In this document: piece by piece, positions 38,001-45,698 of the stretch | Layout: each line of letters starts with the position of its first letter | Numbering within the stretch: the first letter of the stretch is position 1 | Source of the DNA: a virus | Lineage: Duplodnaviria > Caudoviricetes | DNA: 49,097 nt | Strand: one strand, 5' to 3' | Virus record (IMG/VR): IMGVR_UViG_3300038393_003167 | Location: 1 to 49,097 of that record | Notes under the pieces: model-generated | The model's input: only the letters and a program-made list of their open reading frames with translations | What the model was told of the DNA's origin: nothing | Databases searched by the model: none | Made by a program: the position numbers and the translations under genes

Positions 38001-38529
38001 CGGCGTCTTCGATCAGACCATCCGCGTGCCAGTCACCGTGCAGCGCGATCAGTCCCCGGCGCAGCAGGGCGTGGCGCAGCAGACCACGAACGCGATGGGG
38101 GCTTTCAACGCTTCGGGTGGCACGTCCTATCCGGCCCAGCCGGTCTACATCATGACCGTTCGGGCCGATGGCTCCGGCCAGCTGAACTTCGCCTATGGCT
38201 ATAGCTACTCCATCAATCCACCCAGCACGCTAGGAAGTCGCTCCGCGCGTTGCGCGACGAAGATCGTCTATCGCGTTGCCGGCTCCGGTGGCGCCTGGAT
38301 CGACGGCACGGCCGAGATTGTCGCGTTGCCGGCCACGTCGCGCCGCTTCGAGATCGCTCCAGGCGAACAGGATACCGAGCAGACCGTTGGCACTGGATCG
38401 GACAATCAGACCAAGACGGGCCTGACAGCGAGCGGAGACTATGAAGTGGGCATGATGCTCCGGAATTGGGGCTCCGATCCCGTAGGCGTTGTCCAACTCT
38501 TCGGCTCTTTCACGGCGAAGCAGCCATGA
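35035..38529 (+). CDS. Tail tip/fibre protein with duplicated N-terminal domain and ABAB repeats
   Basis: GIxD(Y/F)SR..D(E/D)FG twice, CBM-like WAAGVTY, four ~90-aa repeats joined by GDPG-type linkers. Confidence 0.8.
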   Translation: MKVIVGEDSPIELGATEAAPTIGIVDYSRRVTDEFGVTTVVERGFSRRMSVRLALPFDDVDGVQRLLADLRATAAQWVADDDFEWLKPTGFYKDFEIDLNVPPLSFCTLTVEGLAESAAVADPGDDPAPEGSTSTLRMLLPVAMTDAALASSTVPEADNPVWAAGVTYPLGGRVIRTDTHRIYESLAAGNIGHDPSSSPSYWLDVGPTNRWAMFDEALGTATAVEGGPIVVTFDAGAIGAVALIDVLAASVQVEVIAAGDVDPTYDRTIAVTGGTIGFYDLPDIDGTVRVTVAGIGPLSVGTLLIGALVGLGITEASPTAGIADFSRKDVDDFGEVTIVQRAWAKRMTAKALIRTDALDVVADRIAAVRARPVLWIGDAGLDSLTLYGFFRDFGIEVGETVSKLSLSIEGLSKAQPLEAPWAADIAAIRTQIGLISSDGLLNAGEKPQAIIDWNALSANYVALNNRYLALGSPADIAPSRNDAATKVNALNVYLAGLAPDWTDTAQDTPIDPALYQQRWIEAYTAIATFQAAITGRVGAGGTPGLNNAPVYAYQRSASGTPALPSATVTYDFAAKSLTGLNNGWSATIPAGSNPLYITAATASSTGGNDTIASGEWAAAVLWTKDGDPGANGLSTATAYLYQRNNSGVAPAAPSVTSTWTFATATLAGFNNGWSQTVPDEANGKYLFVTTAMALALATLPQDTIAAGEWAVVRRLAKDGDPGLNGLANAPVYAYQRSASGAPALPSATVSYDFSTKALTGLNNGWTATIPAGSNPLYITAATASSNTGADTIAAGEWAGAVLWVSNGAPGDPGAPALNSAPVILLQRNNTGTPPAAPSATTTYTFATASLAGINNGWSQAMPDPSLGQYLFWTQATALSTGTQDTIAAGEWTAPKQVVKDGEDGQDGMVFSVSTPAITVAADYLGTAKASQFPITFSCKFIKGGVDLSGSATFTVPAKSNNDAAKASTLVVSIGSVTAEGWIDVRCQYGGVFDQTIRVPVTVQRDQSPAQQGVAQQTTNAMGAFNASGGTSYPAQPVYIMTVRADGSGQLNFAYGYSYSINPPSTLGSRSARCATKIVYRVAGSGGAWIDGTAEIVALPATSRRFEIAPGEQDTEQTVGTGSDNQTKTGLTASGDYEVGMMLRNWGSDPVGVVQLFGSFTAKQP
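36664..37750 (+). repeat. Intragenic 543-bp-period duplication
   Basis: 36769-36824 and 37312-37367 match at 55/56 nt. Confidence 0.85.
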
Positions 38530-38879
38530 CCCAGTATCTCGTGAGGCATGGTGAAACCGGCGCGACCGCCGTCGTTGCTTCGCTGGATGGCTATGGCGAG
38601 CCGGATTGGGTGGCGATTGGGTCAGTGCCGCCTGAACTGGACGGTTGTGCCGTGAAGGAAGAAGACGGAGCGATCGTCGAAGATGATAATGGCCTGTGGC
38701 TGCTGCTCCGGAAGGAGCGCGACGTGCGGCTTACCGAGTCCGATAAGTATATGCTCCCGGATTACCCGATCGACGAAACGACGCGAGCCCAATGGACGTC
38801 CTATCGGCAGGCCTTGCGCGATCTTCCCGAAGTAACAGCCAATCCGGCCTCTCCAGAGTGGCCGGTTCCACCGGCCTGA
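38526..38879 (+). CDS. Tail fibre assembly chaperone-like protein
   Basis: LRKERDVRLTESD..PDYP..WTSYRQALRDLP..WPVPP. Confidence 0.85.
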   Translation: MTQYLVRHGETGATAVVASLDGYGEPDWVAIGSVPPELDGCAVKEEDGAIVEDDNGLWLLLRKERDVRLTESDKYMLPDYPIDETTRAQWTSYRQALRDLPEVTANPASPEWPVPPA

Positions 38880-38915
38880 GCCGGCCATTCTTCCTAGTAG
38901 CATCGGGGGTATTTC

Positions 38916-39377
38916 ATGGACGCTGCGGTTGTTGGCGCGATCAGTGCTGTGTTGGCTTCAGGCGCCACGCTTTTGGGGGGCGTCATCGTCCAGTCGATCC
39001 GATCGGCGGCCGAGACCGACACAGCGCGCGTCAGCACCCAGGCGAAGCTGGAAGAGCACTGGACCGACACGACGCTGGAGCTGGTCGACTCGCTTCGCAA
39101 AGAGCTGACGACGGTCCGCGAGGAAGTTCAGCAGCTGCGCCCTCTGGTCGGCAAGCTGGCCCACTTTGAAGAGAGCCTGGACCATATCCACGCGCTGCTC
39201 GCGTCGCTTCGGTCAGCGAACGACATCGAGATTTCGGCGGCGGTGCGCCGCGCCCAGGCCTTCCTGAACCGCATGCGCGGCACCGACGCCAAGGGCGAGG
39301 TCCGGCAAGTCGCTCAAACCCAAATTTCCGCGGCGCGCATCGTCAACGATGCCATTTCCGGCAAGCCAGAGAGGTAA
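38916..39377 (+). CDS. Membrane-anchored coiled-coil protein upstream of the endolysin
   Basis: N-terminal TM followed by a coiled coil. Confidence 0.65.
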   Translation: MDAAVVGAISAVLASGATLLGGVIVQSIRSAAETDTARVSTQAKLEEHWTDTTLELVDSLRKELTTVREEVQQLRPLVGKLAHFEESLDHIHALLASLRSANDIEISAAVRRAQAFLNRMRGTDAKGEVRQVAQTQISAARIVNDAISGKPER

Positions 39378-39382
39378 GCAAG

Positions 39383-39931
39383 ATGAAGGTTGATCAGGAG
39401 ATAGACGCGCTCATTGCGCGCGAGGGCGATTATGTCGACCATCCCGCCGATCGCGGCGGCCCGACGCGCTTCGGCATCACCGAACAGGTCGCCCGCGCCT
39501 ATGGATATCACGGTGACATGCGCCAGCTGCCGCGCGCCACCGCCAAGGACATCCTGCTCAAGCGCTACTGGATCGGCCCCGGCTTTGACGATGTCGCCGC
39601 GTTCGCGCCGCGCGTTGCGGAAGAAATGTTCGACACGGGCGTCAACATGGGCGTCAGCATCCCACCGCCAATGCTCCAGCGCGCGCTCAACCTGCTCAAC
39701 CGGGGCGGCGGCGACTATCCCGATATCGCGGTGGATGGCCGGATCGGGCCGATGACACTGGACGCCCTGCGCCGGTTCATCGGCAAGCGTGGCGTGGCCG
39801 GCGAAGCCGTCTTACTGAAGGCTCTCGATGGCTTCCAGGTCGGGCGCTACGCCGACATCACCGAAGCGCGGCCGGCGAACGAAGCCTTCTTCTATGGTTG
39901 GTTGGCCAACCGGATCGGCGCGCTCGCCTAA
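39383..39931 (+). CDS. Endolysin, GH108 family with peptidoglycan-binding domain
   Basis: REGDYVDHPADRGGPTRFGIT, FDTGVNMG, VDGRIGPMT, YGWLANR. Confidence 0.93.
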   Translation: MKVDQEIDALIAREGDYVDHPADRGGPTRFGITEQVARAYGYHGDMRQLPRATAKDILLKRYWIGPGFDDVAAFAPRVAEEMFDTGVNMGVSIPPPMLQRALNLLNRGGGDYPDIAVDGRIGPMTLDALRRFIGKRGVAGEAVLLKALDGFQVGRYADITEARPANEAFFYGWLANRIGALA

Positions 39932-39960
39932 TCATCCCCTCAACAGCACTGGAGACCATC

Positions 39961-40233
39961 ATGGCTGATGATATCACGCCACCTATTGTCGTGCCCGCAA
40001 GCGCCATTCCGGCGACCACGCTGGCCATGATCCGCTATGTCCTGACCGCGCTCGGCGGGTCGCTGCTCGTGCAGCGCGGCATCATCAGCGATGCCGAGTT
40101 GCAGAACATCGTCGGCGTCCTGCTGGTCGTGATCCCGACGGCCTATGGCATGTGGCTCACCCGCCGCGAGAATGCCAAGCAGAAGGCGATGGCGGTGCAC
40201 CTGCCCGACGAAATCGCCCAGGTGCAATCGTGA
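39961..40233 (+). CDS. Putative holin
   Basis: GGAG SD; two TM segments (IRYVLTALGG.., IVGVLLVVIP). Confidence 0.7.
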   Translation: MADDITPPIVVPASAIPATTLAMIRYVLTALGGSLLVQRGIISDAELQNIVGVLLVVIPTAYGMWLTRRENAKQKAMAVHLPDEIAQVQS

Positions 40234-40454
40234 GCGCGCCGCTGACGTTCAAACGCGGGGATCGCATCAATCACGCCGGGATCGGCACCGGCACCGTCAC
40301 GTCCGGCAAGCTGGGGCCGCATGGCGAGCTGAAAGTGCGCCCCGACGAACCGCATCATTCGGGCCTGAAGGTGGTCGAGGTCATGGCCCGGCGTTGCGTC
40401 AAGCTCGACAAGGACGGGCGTCCGATCGCTTCTCAAGACGAAGAGACGCCCTAA
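40230..40454 (+). CDS. Hypothetical SH3/KOW-like small protein
   Basis: GTGA-coupled; FKRGDRINH..GTGTV. Confidence 0.55.
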   Translation: MSAPLTFKRGDRINHAGIGTGTVTSGKLGPHGELKVRPDEPHHSGLKVVEVMARRCVKLDKDGRPIASQDEETP

Positions 40455-40511
40455 CGCGGCGGCAAGTCACCCGACGCGCTGACCCGCAATCTACCACTGA
40501 AAGGACGAACG

Positions 40512-40871
40512 ATGAAGCGACTGCTTGTCGCGGGCCTCGCGCTCGCGCTCTCTGCGTGCGCCGGTATAACCGGTCTATCGCACATCCCGACTGCGCCCGC
40601 CGATGTGGCGAACGCGACCACGCTGGACGAAAAGGGCGGCCTCACCATCACGGTGGCGTACAACGCCGCGAACCGGCTGGGCCTGCTCGCCATCCGCACG
40701 GGCGCCGCCAAAGGGGCGACGGCGGAGAAGATCAAGCTGCTGGACGCGCGCGCCTTCGGTTGGGTGAAGCGCGCCCGATCGGCCTATCTCGCCGGCAACG
40801 CGGCCGATTTCCGGGCCGCCGAGCGCGAGGCCAAAGCCATCATCACCGATCTCACCGATCTGGCCAGCTAA
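40512..40871 (+). CDS. Lipoprotein (spanin-like)
   Basis: MKRLLVAGLALALSAC lipobox in the lysis module. Confidence 0.75.
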   Translation: MKRLLVAGLALALSACAGITGLSHIPTAPADVANATTLDEKGGLTITVAYNAANRLGLLAIRTGAAKGATAEKIKLLDARAFGWVKRARSAYLAGNAADFRAAEREAKAIITDLTDLAS

Positions 40872-40882
40872 GGAGCATCGCC

Positions 40883-41083
40883 ATGTTCAATCTCGAAACC
40901 GCCGCCCAGCTGCTCAAGCTGGCGGCCGGCGCTCCGCCCGTCGTCAAGGCGATCTACGACAGCGCCAAGGCCGTGCTCACCGAAACCGATCAGGCGCGGC
41001 TGAAGGAACTCTATGACGCCGAATATGCCCGCGCCGTCCAGAACCATGAAGAGCTGCAAGCCGCAGCCGTTCAGCCGGAATAG
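40883..41083 (+). CDS. Hypothetical protein
   Basis: AAGGAG SD; 66 aa. Confidence 0.7.
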   Translation: MFNLETAAQLLKLAAGAPPVVKAIYDSAKAVLTETDQARLKELYDAEYARAVQNHEELQAAAVQPE

Positions 41084-41093
41084 GAGCAAGGCC

Positions 41094-42251
41094 ATGCGGA
41101 TATTCCTTGCCGCCCTCGCGCTCTCGCTGGGGGCTCCGGCAGCCGTCGCGCAAACCGTGGCGGTAGCGCCGCCGATCGCCGCCGCTGATTGGAAAGCGAT
41201 GATCACGGCGGCGAAGCCCGGCGACGTGATCGACCTGGGCGACCGGTCCGTTTCGTTTGCGTCGGTGAAGCTTCAGCCGGCCAGCTGCTGCGTCACGATC
41301 CGGGGCGGACGGTTCAGCGGGCCGGTCACATTCAGCGCCTGGAAGAACGTCGTCATCGACGGCGGGCAGTTCGAATATATGAACGGCCCGACCGGCTATT
41401 CGCTCGGCATCCTTGCCCAGGGCGTCGACAACCTGACGCTGCGCAATATCAGCTTCCGTGGCACGGTGCAGCCGAACGGTCAGCTTTCCGTCGTCGCCGC
41501 GCGCTTCATCAACGGCAAGAACATCACCGTTGAAAAGAGCCGGTTCGCGGATGCGCAAGGCGCGATCCTGTTCCAGCGAGTCGACGGCGCGCGCTTCGTC
41601 GATAACGATGTTTCCAACGTTCGCGAGGGGCTGGACATCGTCGCGTCATCGCATGTGACGATCGCGCGCAACCGGATCGGCCCATTCCATCCGTCGCCCG
41701 GCGACCATGCCGACGGAATCCAGTTCTGGACGACGGGGGAGACCACCGCCTCCACAGACGTGCTGATCCAAGGCAATCTGATCGTCTCGACGCCCGAGGG
41801 GCGTGCGCAGGGCATTCTGGCAGGCGATGAGCTGGGCCTCTACAAGACGGGCGCGGGCTATGCCCGCATCACCGTGCGCGACAATGTGCTGGTCGGCACC
41901 GGATGGCATGGCATTTCTTTCACGGCGCCGACCGAAGATTTGCTGATCGAACGCAACACGCTGCTGCGGATCGACGGCGCCGACGCGGTCAAGAACAACT
42001 GGATCAAAACGGTCAGCGGCCGCGTGCTGAACAACCGCGCCGCGAAGTTCGATCTTGCGGCAGGCGTCGAGCAGGCCGGCAACGACGTGACCGGCATAGC
42101 CTCAGCCGATGATCAGGCGGCGGCCTTGTCCGCCTGGACGGCTTCGTTCCGGGCCGTGCCGGGACCAACCCGCGACGCGCTGATTGGCGAGATCGAGGCG
42201 GCGCTGAAATCGGCCGGCGATGCGCTCGCGCAGCTGCGCGACGCGAAATAG
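41094..42251 (+). CDS. Secreted right-handed beta-helix (pectin-lyase-fold) protein
   Basis: AGGAG SD; signal peptide MRIFLAALALSLGAPAAVA; AKPGDVI, DHADGIQFW, Asn ladders. Confidence 0.8.
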   Translation: MRIFLAALALSLGAPAAVAQTVAVAPPIAAADWKAMITAAKPGDVIDLGDRSVSFASVKLQPASCCVTIRGGRFSGPVTFSAWKNVVIDGGQFEYMNGPTGYSLGILAQGVDNLTLRNISFRGTVQPNGQLSVVAARFINGKNITVEKSRFADAQGAILFQRVDGARFVDNDVSNVREGLDIVASSHVTIARNRIGPFHPSPGDHADGIQFWTTGETTASTDVLIQGNLIVSTPEGRAQGILAGDELGLYKTGAGYARITVRDNVLVGTGWHGISFTAPTEDLLIERNTLLRIDGADAVKNNWIKTVSGRVLNNRAAKFDLAAGVEQAGNDVTGIASADDQAAALSAWTASFRAVPGPTRDALIGEIEAALKSAGDALAQLRDAK

Positions 42252-42517
42252 CGACGCAGCAGCGTCCGCCATTCGGTCAGCGCGTCCTGATAGGCGCTGA
42301 TCGTGTCGTCATCCCATGCGGCCCTTGCGATCCGATCGGCCACCTGACGCGGCGTGCCGCGCCGGGGAAAGCCGGGATCGCGCGTGGCGAAGGTGGCGAG
42401 CCGGCCGATGTAACCATGGCGGCCGCGTTGGCTCAGCAGCCAAGCGCCGAAGGGATTGGCGGCCGCCAGCGCGCGCAGCTGCTCGCGCTCGCGCTCAAGT
42501 GACGTGAGAACGGTCAT
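42113..42517 (-). CDS. YozE-like (SAM-fold) small protein; 3' end overlaps the beta-helix gene
   Basis: PFGAWLLSQRGRHGYIGRLA..DPGFPR..AYQDALTEW. Confidence 0.55.
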   Translation of the reverse strand: MTVLTSLEREREQLRALAAANPFGAWLLSQRGRHGYIGRLATFATRDPGFPRRGTPRQVADRIARAAWDDDTISAYQDALTEWRTLLRRYFASRSCASASPADFSAASISPISASRVGPGTARNEAVQADKAAA

Positions 42518-42524
42518 GGAGCGC

Positions 42525-42539
42525 GTTCTTTGAATGTTC
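42525..42539 (-). promoter_or_regulatory. Alphaproteobacterial LexA (SOS) box
   Basis: GTTC-TTTGAAT-GTTC (GTTC-N7-GTTC), lying downstream of a TTGACG -35 (42554-42549) on the minus strand. Confidence 0.75.
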
Positions 42540-42561
42540 TCATTCCCGCGTCAAGGCGTGT

Positions 42562-42915
42562 ATGCCGATGCGGATGCGACTCGACCGGCCAAAGCTCACC
42601 TTTCGGGCGCTCGTGGCCCTTCAAGAAACCTTGGATGGCGGCCCGGTAACGCAGGGGTTGAGGCTTGCGCTGGCCTATCTCTACGCTACCGGCAACGGTA
42701 ACCGAGGGTGGTTTGATCAGTTCTGGCAGGCGGCCCGACGGCCTATCACCGGGAACACGGCTGACGACTTCGGGCGGCGGCAGGCCATGAACGCGGCGAT
42801 GAACGCGATCTGCCGCAGCGTCGGCATGGAACGCGATGCCGAGTTAGACGCGAAGCTGACTAAGGCGCGCGGTTCCGACCGAGGGGAACCAACCCGCAAG
42901 TCACAGTGTCGCTGA
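42562..42915 (+). CDS. Hypothetical protein
   Basis: 117-aa ORF divergent from the YozE-like gene (LRLALAYLY..FW). Confidence 0.6.
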   Translation: MPMRMRLDRPKLTFRALVALQETLDGGPVTQGLRLALAYLYATGNGNRGWFDQFWQAARRPITGNTADDFGRRQAMNAAMNAICRSVGMERDAELDAKLTKARGSDRGEPTRKSQCR

Positions 42916-43176
42916 TCCAGCCGCCTTGCGCAGCGCATCATTGATGCGCGTCTGCCAGCCTGGACCGCTCGCCCGGAACCGCTCAAGCGTGTCGCGATCG
43001 ATGCGCAGCGTGACCTGTTCCTTGTCCGAGCCGGCTGGCCGCCCGCGCCCGCGCTTCACGAGCGCGGCGGCGGCATCGCGGCCTACCACTTCACTGGCCG
43101 GCTTGGCGCGCGCGTGCATCTCTTCGGTCCATTCCGGATTTTCATCGAAATCGACGGGGGGTTTCGGCTTACTCAT
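42901..43176 (-). CDS. brnA: BrnA antitoxin
   Basis: DENPEWT..GRP..KEQVTLRIDRDTLERFRASGPGWQTRINDALR. Confidence 0.92.
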   Translation of the reverse strand: MSKPKPPVDFDENPEWTEEMHARAKPASEVVGRDAAAALVKRGRGRPAGSDKEQVTLRIDRDTLERFRASGPGWQTRINDALRKAAGSATL

Positions 43177-43426
43177 AGCGGCGTAGCTCCTTTTCGTGCG
43201 CGCGGCGGAAGCTGATAAGGCGGATCGCGGTTTCCCGCATCGTAAACACGATGCAGTGCGGCGCGCCGTCAATCCGGCCCAGCGCGATGAAGCGCTGCTC
43301 GCCATAATCGAACCGATCATCTTCCACCACATGGGGCTCGGCATCGAAGCCCGTGAAGTCAGCCAGCGACAGGCCGTGCTTGGCGATGTTGGCGGCGTCC
43401 TTGGCGGGGTCGAAGCTCGTTTCCAT
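43169..43426 (-). CDS. brnT: BrnT toxin
   Basis: FDPAKDAANIAKHGLS..DDRFDYGEQRF..IRLISFRRAHEKE. Confidence 0.92.
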   Translation of the reverse strand: METSFDPAKDAANIAKHGLSLADFTGFDAEPHVVEDDRFDYGEQRFIALGRIDGAPHCIVFTMRETAIRLISFRRAHEKELRRYE

Positions 43427-43435
43427 GTGATTATC

Positions 43436-43479
43436 TGTAACCACGTAAAATCACGGGGTCAACAATAATCGTAACTACA
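43436..43479 (-). promoter_or_regulatory. brnTA promoter with two imperfect palindromic operators
   Basis: TGTAACCACG (43436-43445) and CGTAACTACA (43470-43479) flank a TTGACC -35 on the minus strand. Confidence 0.55.
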
Positions 43480-43585
43480 GAAAACGGCTCAGCGATTTTA
43501 CGCGGTTCCGCTAAGCGACTGATATGTTTCGACGGATTTTAGGGGCGTTTTACAGCAAGAACGGCTGAAAACTGCGCAGTGCTAG

Positions 43586-43625
43586 AGCATGGGAAGCTGA
43601 CAGGCTACCATTACATCATACCCGC
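43586..43625 (-). tRNA. 5' half of tRNA-Gly(CCC), interrupted at the anticodon loop (prophage att junction)
   Basis: GCGGGTA-TG-ATGTAATGGTAGCCT-G-TCAGC-TTCCCA then non-tRNA sequence; no T arm or acceptor 3' strand. Confidence 0.8.
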
Positions 43626-43670
43626 CTGTGCGCCGCCCGATGCCACAGCCGCGTGGCCCCGGTCAACGCA

Positions 43671-45053
43671 TCACAGCGCGCGCACGCTCGGTTCGGCATG
43701 GCCTTGCAGCATCAGCTCGGTCAGCGCCCACACCATCGCGTCGGCGCGGTCGGGGCTCGCACCCGGCCCCTGATAGCCCCCGCCGCGCACCAGCCCGGTC
43801 AGCTGCGCTTCCAGCTCCGGAAACCGCCCGGCGAGCTTCGCCGCGCCGCGCTCGAACAGCGCCGCGACCGGCTCCGCCCGCGCGACCTTGCCCCGCGCCA
43901 CGTGGACCAGCTTCAGCGGCAGCCGCACATCGGCGGCGCGCAGGCAGGCGGCGACCATCTTGCCGCCATTGTTCGCTTCGGCGACGACCCGGTCCGCCCG
44001 CCACCGCGCCGCCGCGTCGGCCACCGCCCGCGCCCAGCGCTCGGGCGAGGCGTCGCCCAGGCTGGCATCCTCCAGCACGAACCCGGTCCCGCCCCGATCC
44101 ACGCCCGCCGCGACGATCCCGCACGTCCCCGAAGAAGCCGGCGGATCGACCCCGATCACGACGCGCGCCAGCTCTTCTCCCCTCCCGCTTGCGGGAGGGG
44201 TCGGGGGTGGCAACGTCCGACTCCGCGGCGTTTGAGGCAGGCCCACCCCTAACCCCTCCCGCAAGCGGGAGGGGGACACCCGTGCCCCCTCGATCAGCGC
44301 CGCCGGCCACAGGCTGCCTTCGACGTCCTCGATCAGCTGCCCGTCCAGCTCCTGCCGGCCCAGCCGCGTGCCGGCATAGGCCGCGGCGACCGCGTCGCGA
44401 TAGGCGCCCGGCAGATGCGGATTGTCCGCCGTCCGCCCGCGCGTCACCTCGACGCCGGGCTCGGCCAGCAATCGCTTCAGCAGCACCCCGGCGCGCGGCG
44501 TCGTCGTCACCAGCGTCCGCGGCCGCTCGCCGAGCCGCAGGCCCAGCATCAGATTGTCCCAGGTCCGCGTCCCCAGCCGCCATTTGGCGAGCTCGTCGCA
44601 CCAGGCGACATGATGCTGCGGCCCGCGCAGCGCCTCGGGCCGCTCGGCCGAATACAGATACGCCTCGGCGCCGGAGGGAAAGCGCACCATGCGCTTGGTC
44701 GGCACATAGCGCACGCTTTCGCCGGCATGGGCGACCGCGGCCAGCCCGCTTTCCCCTTCCACCATCACCGCGCGTGCTTCGTCCAGCGTCGCCGCGACCA
44801 GCGCGATCCGCAGCGCCCCGTCGGCCCGCGCCAGCGCGCTCACCCACTCCGCCCCGGCGCGCGTCTTGCCGAACCCGCGCCCGGCCATAATGATCCACAG
44901 CCGCCAGTCGCCGTCCGGCTCGCGCTGGCCCGCGTGCGCAAAGCTCGCCCAATCCCCTTCGAGCGCGTCGGTCACGCCCGCCGGCAAGGCGGCCAGCGCG
45001 CGCGCGACATCGGCGGGCGAGACCCCGGCCAGCTTGTCGGTCCAGTCGGTCAT
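43671..45053 (-). CDS. GTA-type terminase large subunit (host)
   Basis: AGRGFGKTRAGAEWV, LRGPQHH, WCDELAKW, TTTPR, GRQELDG, GVDPP, SPDRADAMVWAL. Confidence 0.88.
   Translation of the reverse strand: MTDWTDKLAGVSPADVARALAALPAGVTDALEGDWASFAHAGQREPDGDWRLWIIMAGRGFGKTRAGAEWVSALARADGALRIALVAATLDEARAVMVEGESGLAAVAHAGESVRYVPTKRMVRFPSGAEAYLYSAERPEALRGPQHHVAWCDELAKWRLGTRTWDNLMLGLRLGERPRTLVTTTPRAGVLLKRLLAEPGVEVTRGRTADNPHLPGAYRDAVAAAYAGTRLGRQELDGQLIEDVEGSLWPAALIEGARVSPSRLREGLGVGLPQTPRSRTLPPPTPPASGRGEELARVVIGVDPPASSGTCGIVAAGVDRGGTGFVLEDASLGDASPERWARAVADAAARWRADRVVAEANNGGKMVAACLRAADVRLPLKLVHVARGKVARAEPVAALFERGAAKLAGRFPELEAQLTGLVRGGGYQGPGASPDRADAMVWALTELMLQGHAEPSVRAL
44177..44277. repeat. REP-doublet palindromic element inserted in frame in the terminase
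   Basis: Inverted pair of CCCCTCCCGC-TT-GCGGGAGGGG hairpin units (44177-44210, 44242-44277). Confidence 0.85.
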
Positions 45054-45096
45054 GCAACCACTCCCGGGACAAAGAAGAGAGCCGGGGTGCCGGCAC

Positions 45097-45573
45097 TCAG
45101 TCCTTCAGCGCGCCGATCGCCTTCAGCTTGGCGATCAGCCGTGCGCGCGCCTCCTCGACGGGCACGGCGGCAAAGCGCGGCGCCTCGTCTCGCCGCCGGG
45201 CGTGCCGCCGGTCATATTTGTCGAGCAATTCCGCGGCCCGATCCCAGTCGAGCCGGCTGGGCGCCTCCTTGCCGCCGTCGAAGTCGATCGCTTCGGCGGC
45301 CTGGGCAAGCATCGCCGCTTCCAGCCGGGCATAGCCCTGCTCCAGCGCCAGTTCCCATGCCGCGCGAAAGCCCGGTGATTTCATCCGGCAGTTATAGACG
45401 GTGTTCACCACCACGCCCGCGGCCTTGGCGGATTCGGTGACGTTGCACGTCGCCGCCAGCGATTCCAGAAACCGCCGCTGGCGCCGTTCGCCGAACAGCT
45501 TCCGCCGCGGCCGCGTCGCGATCAGCCGCCGTTTGTTGTGCGGCGTGATCCGCATCCGTCCACCCTTCGCCAT
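45097..45573 (-). CDS. HTH protein, possible GTA small terminase
   Basis: FLESLAATCNVTESAKAAGV..FRAAWELALEQGY; directly upstream of the terminase. Confidence 0.6.
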   Translation of the reverse strand: MAKGGRMRITPHNKRRLIATRPRRKLFGERRQRRFLESLAATCNVTESAKAAGVVVNTVYNCRMKSPGFRAAWELALEQGYARLEAAMLAQAAEAIDFDGGKEAPSRLDWDRAAELLDKYDRRHARRRDEAPRFAAVPVEEARARLIAKLKAIGALKD

Positions 45574-45698
45574 CGCACCCTCCAAAGAAAAGGCCGGCAC
45601 AGCAATCGCCGCCCGGCCGGGGAACTCCATCTTTGGAGATTGGTACCAGATCATCGTCACGATGTCAAGAAAAATAACCAAATAGGTTCATCAATAAG

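Larger units (their letters stand above)
1..43589. mobile_element. Temperate siphoviral (lambdoid/HK97-like head) prophage; left end outside the window
   Basis: Ordered integrase, cI/cro, replication, packaging, head, tail and lysis modules; right boundary at a broken tRNA anticodon loop. Confidence 0.93.

Noticed and set aside
43628-45440. Several long Arg/Pro/Ala-rich ORFs over the GTA terminase
   Set aside because: Alternative frames of very GC-rich DNA; only 43671-45053 has terminase motifs.
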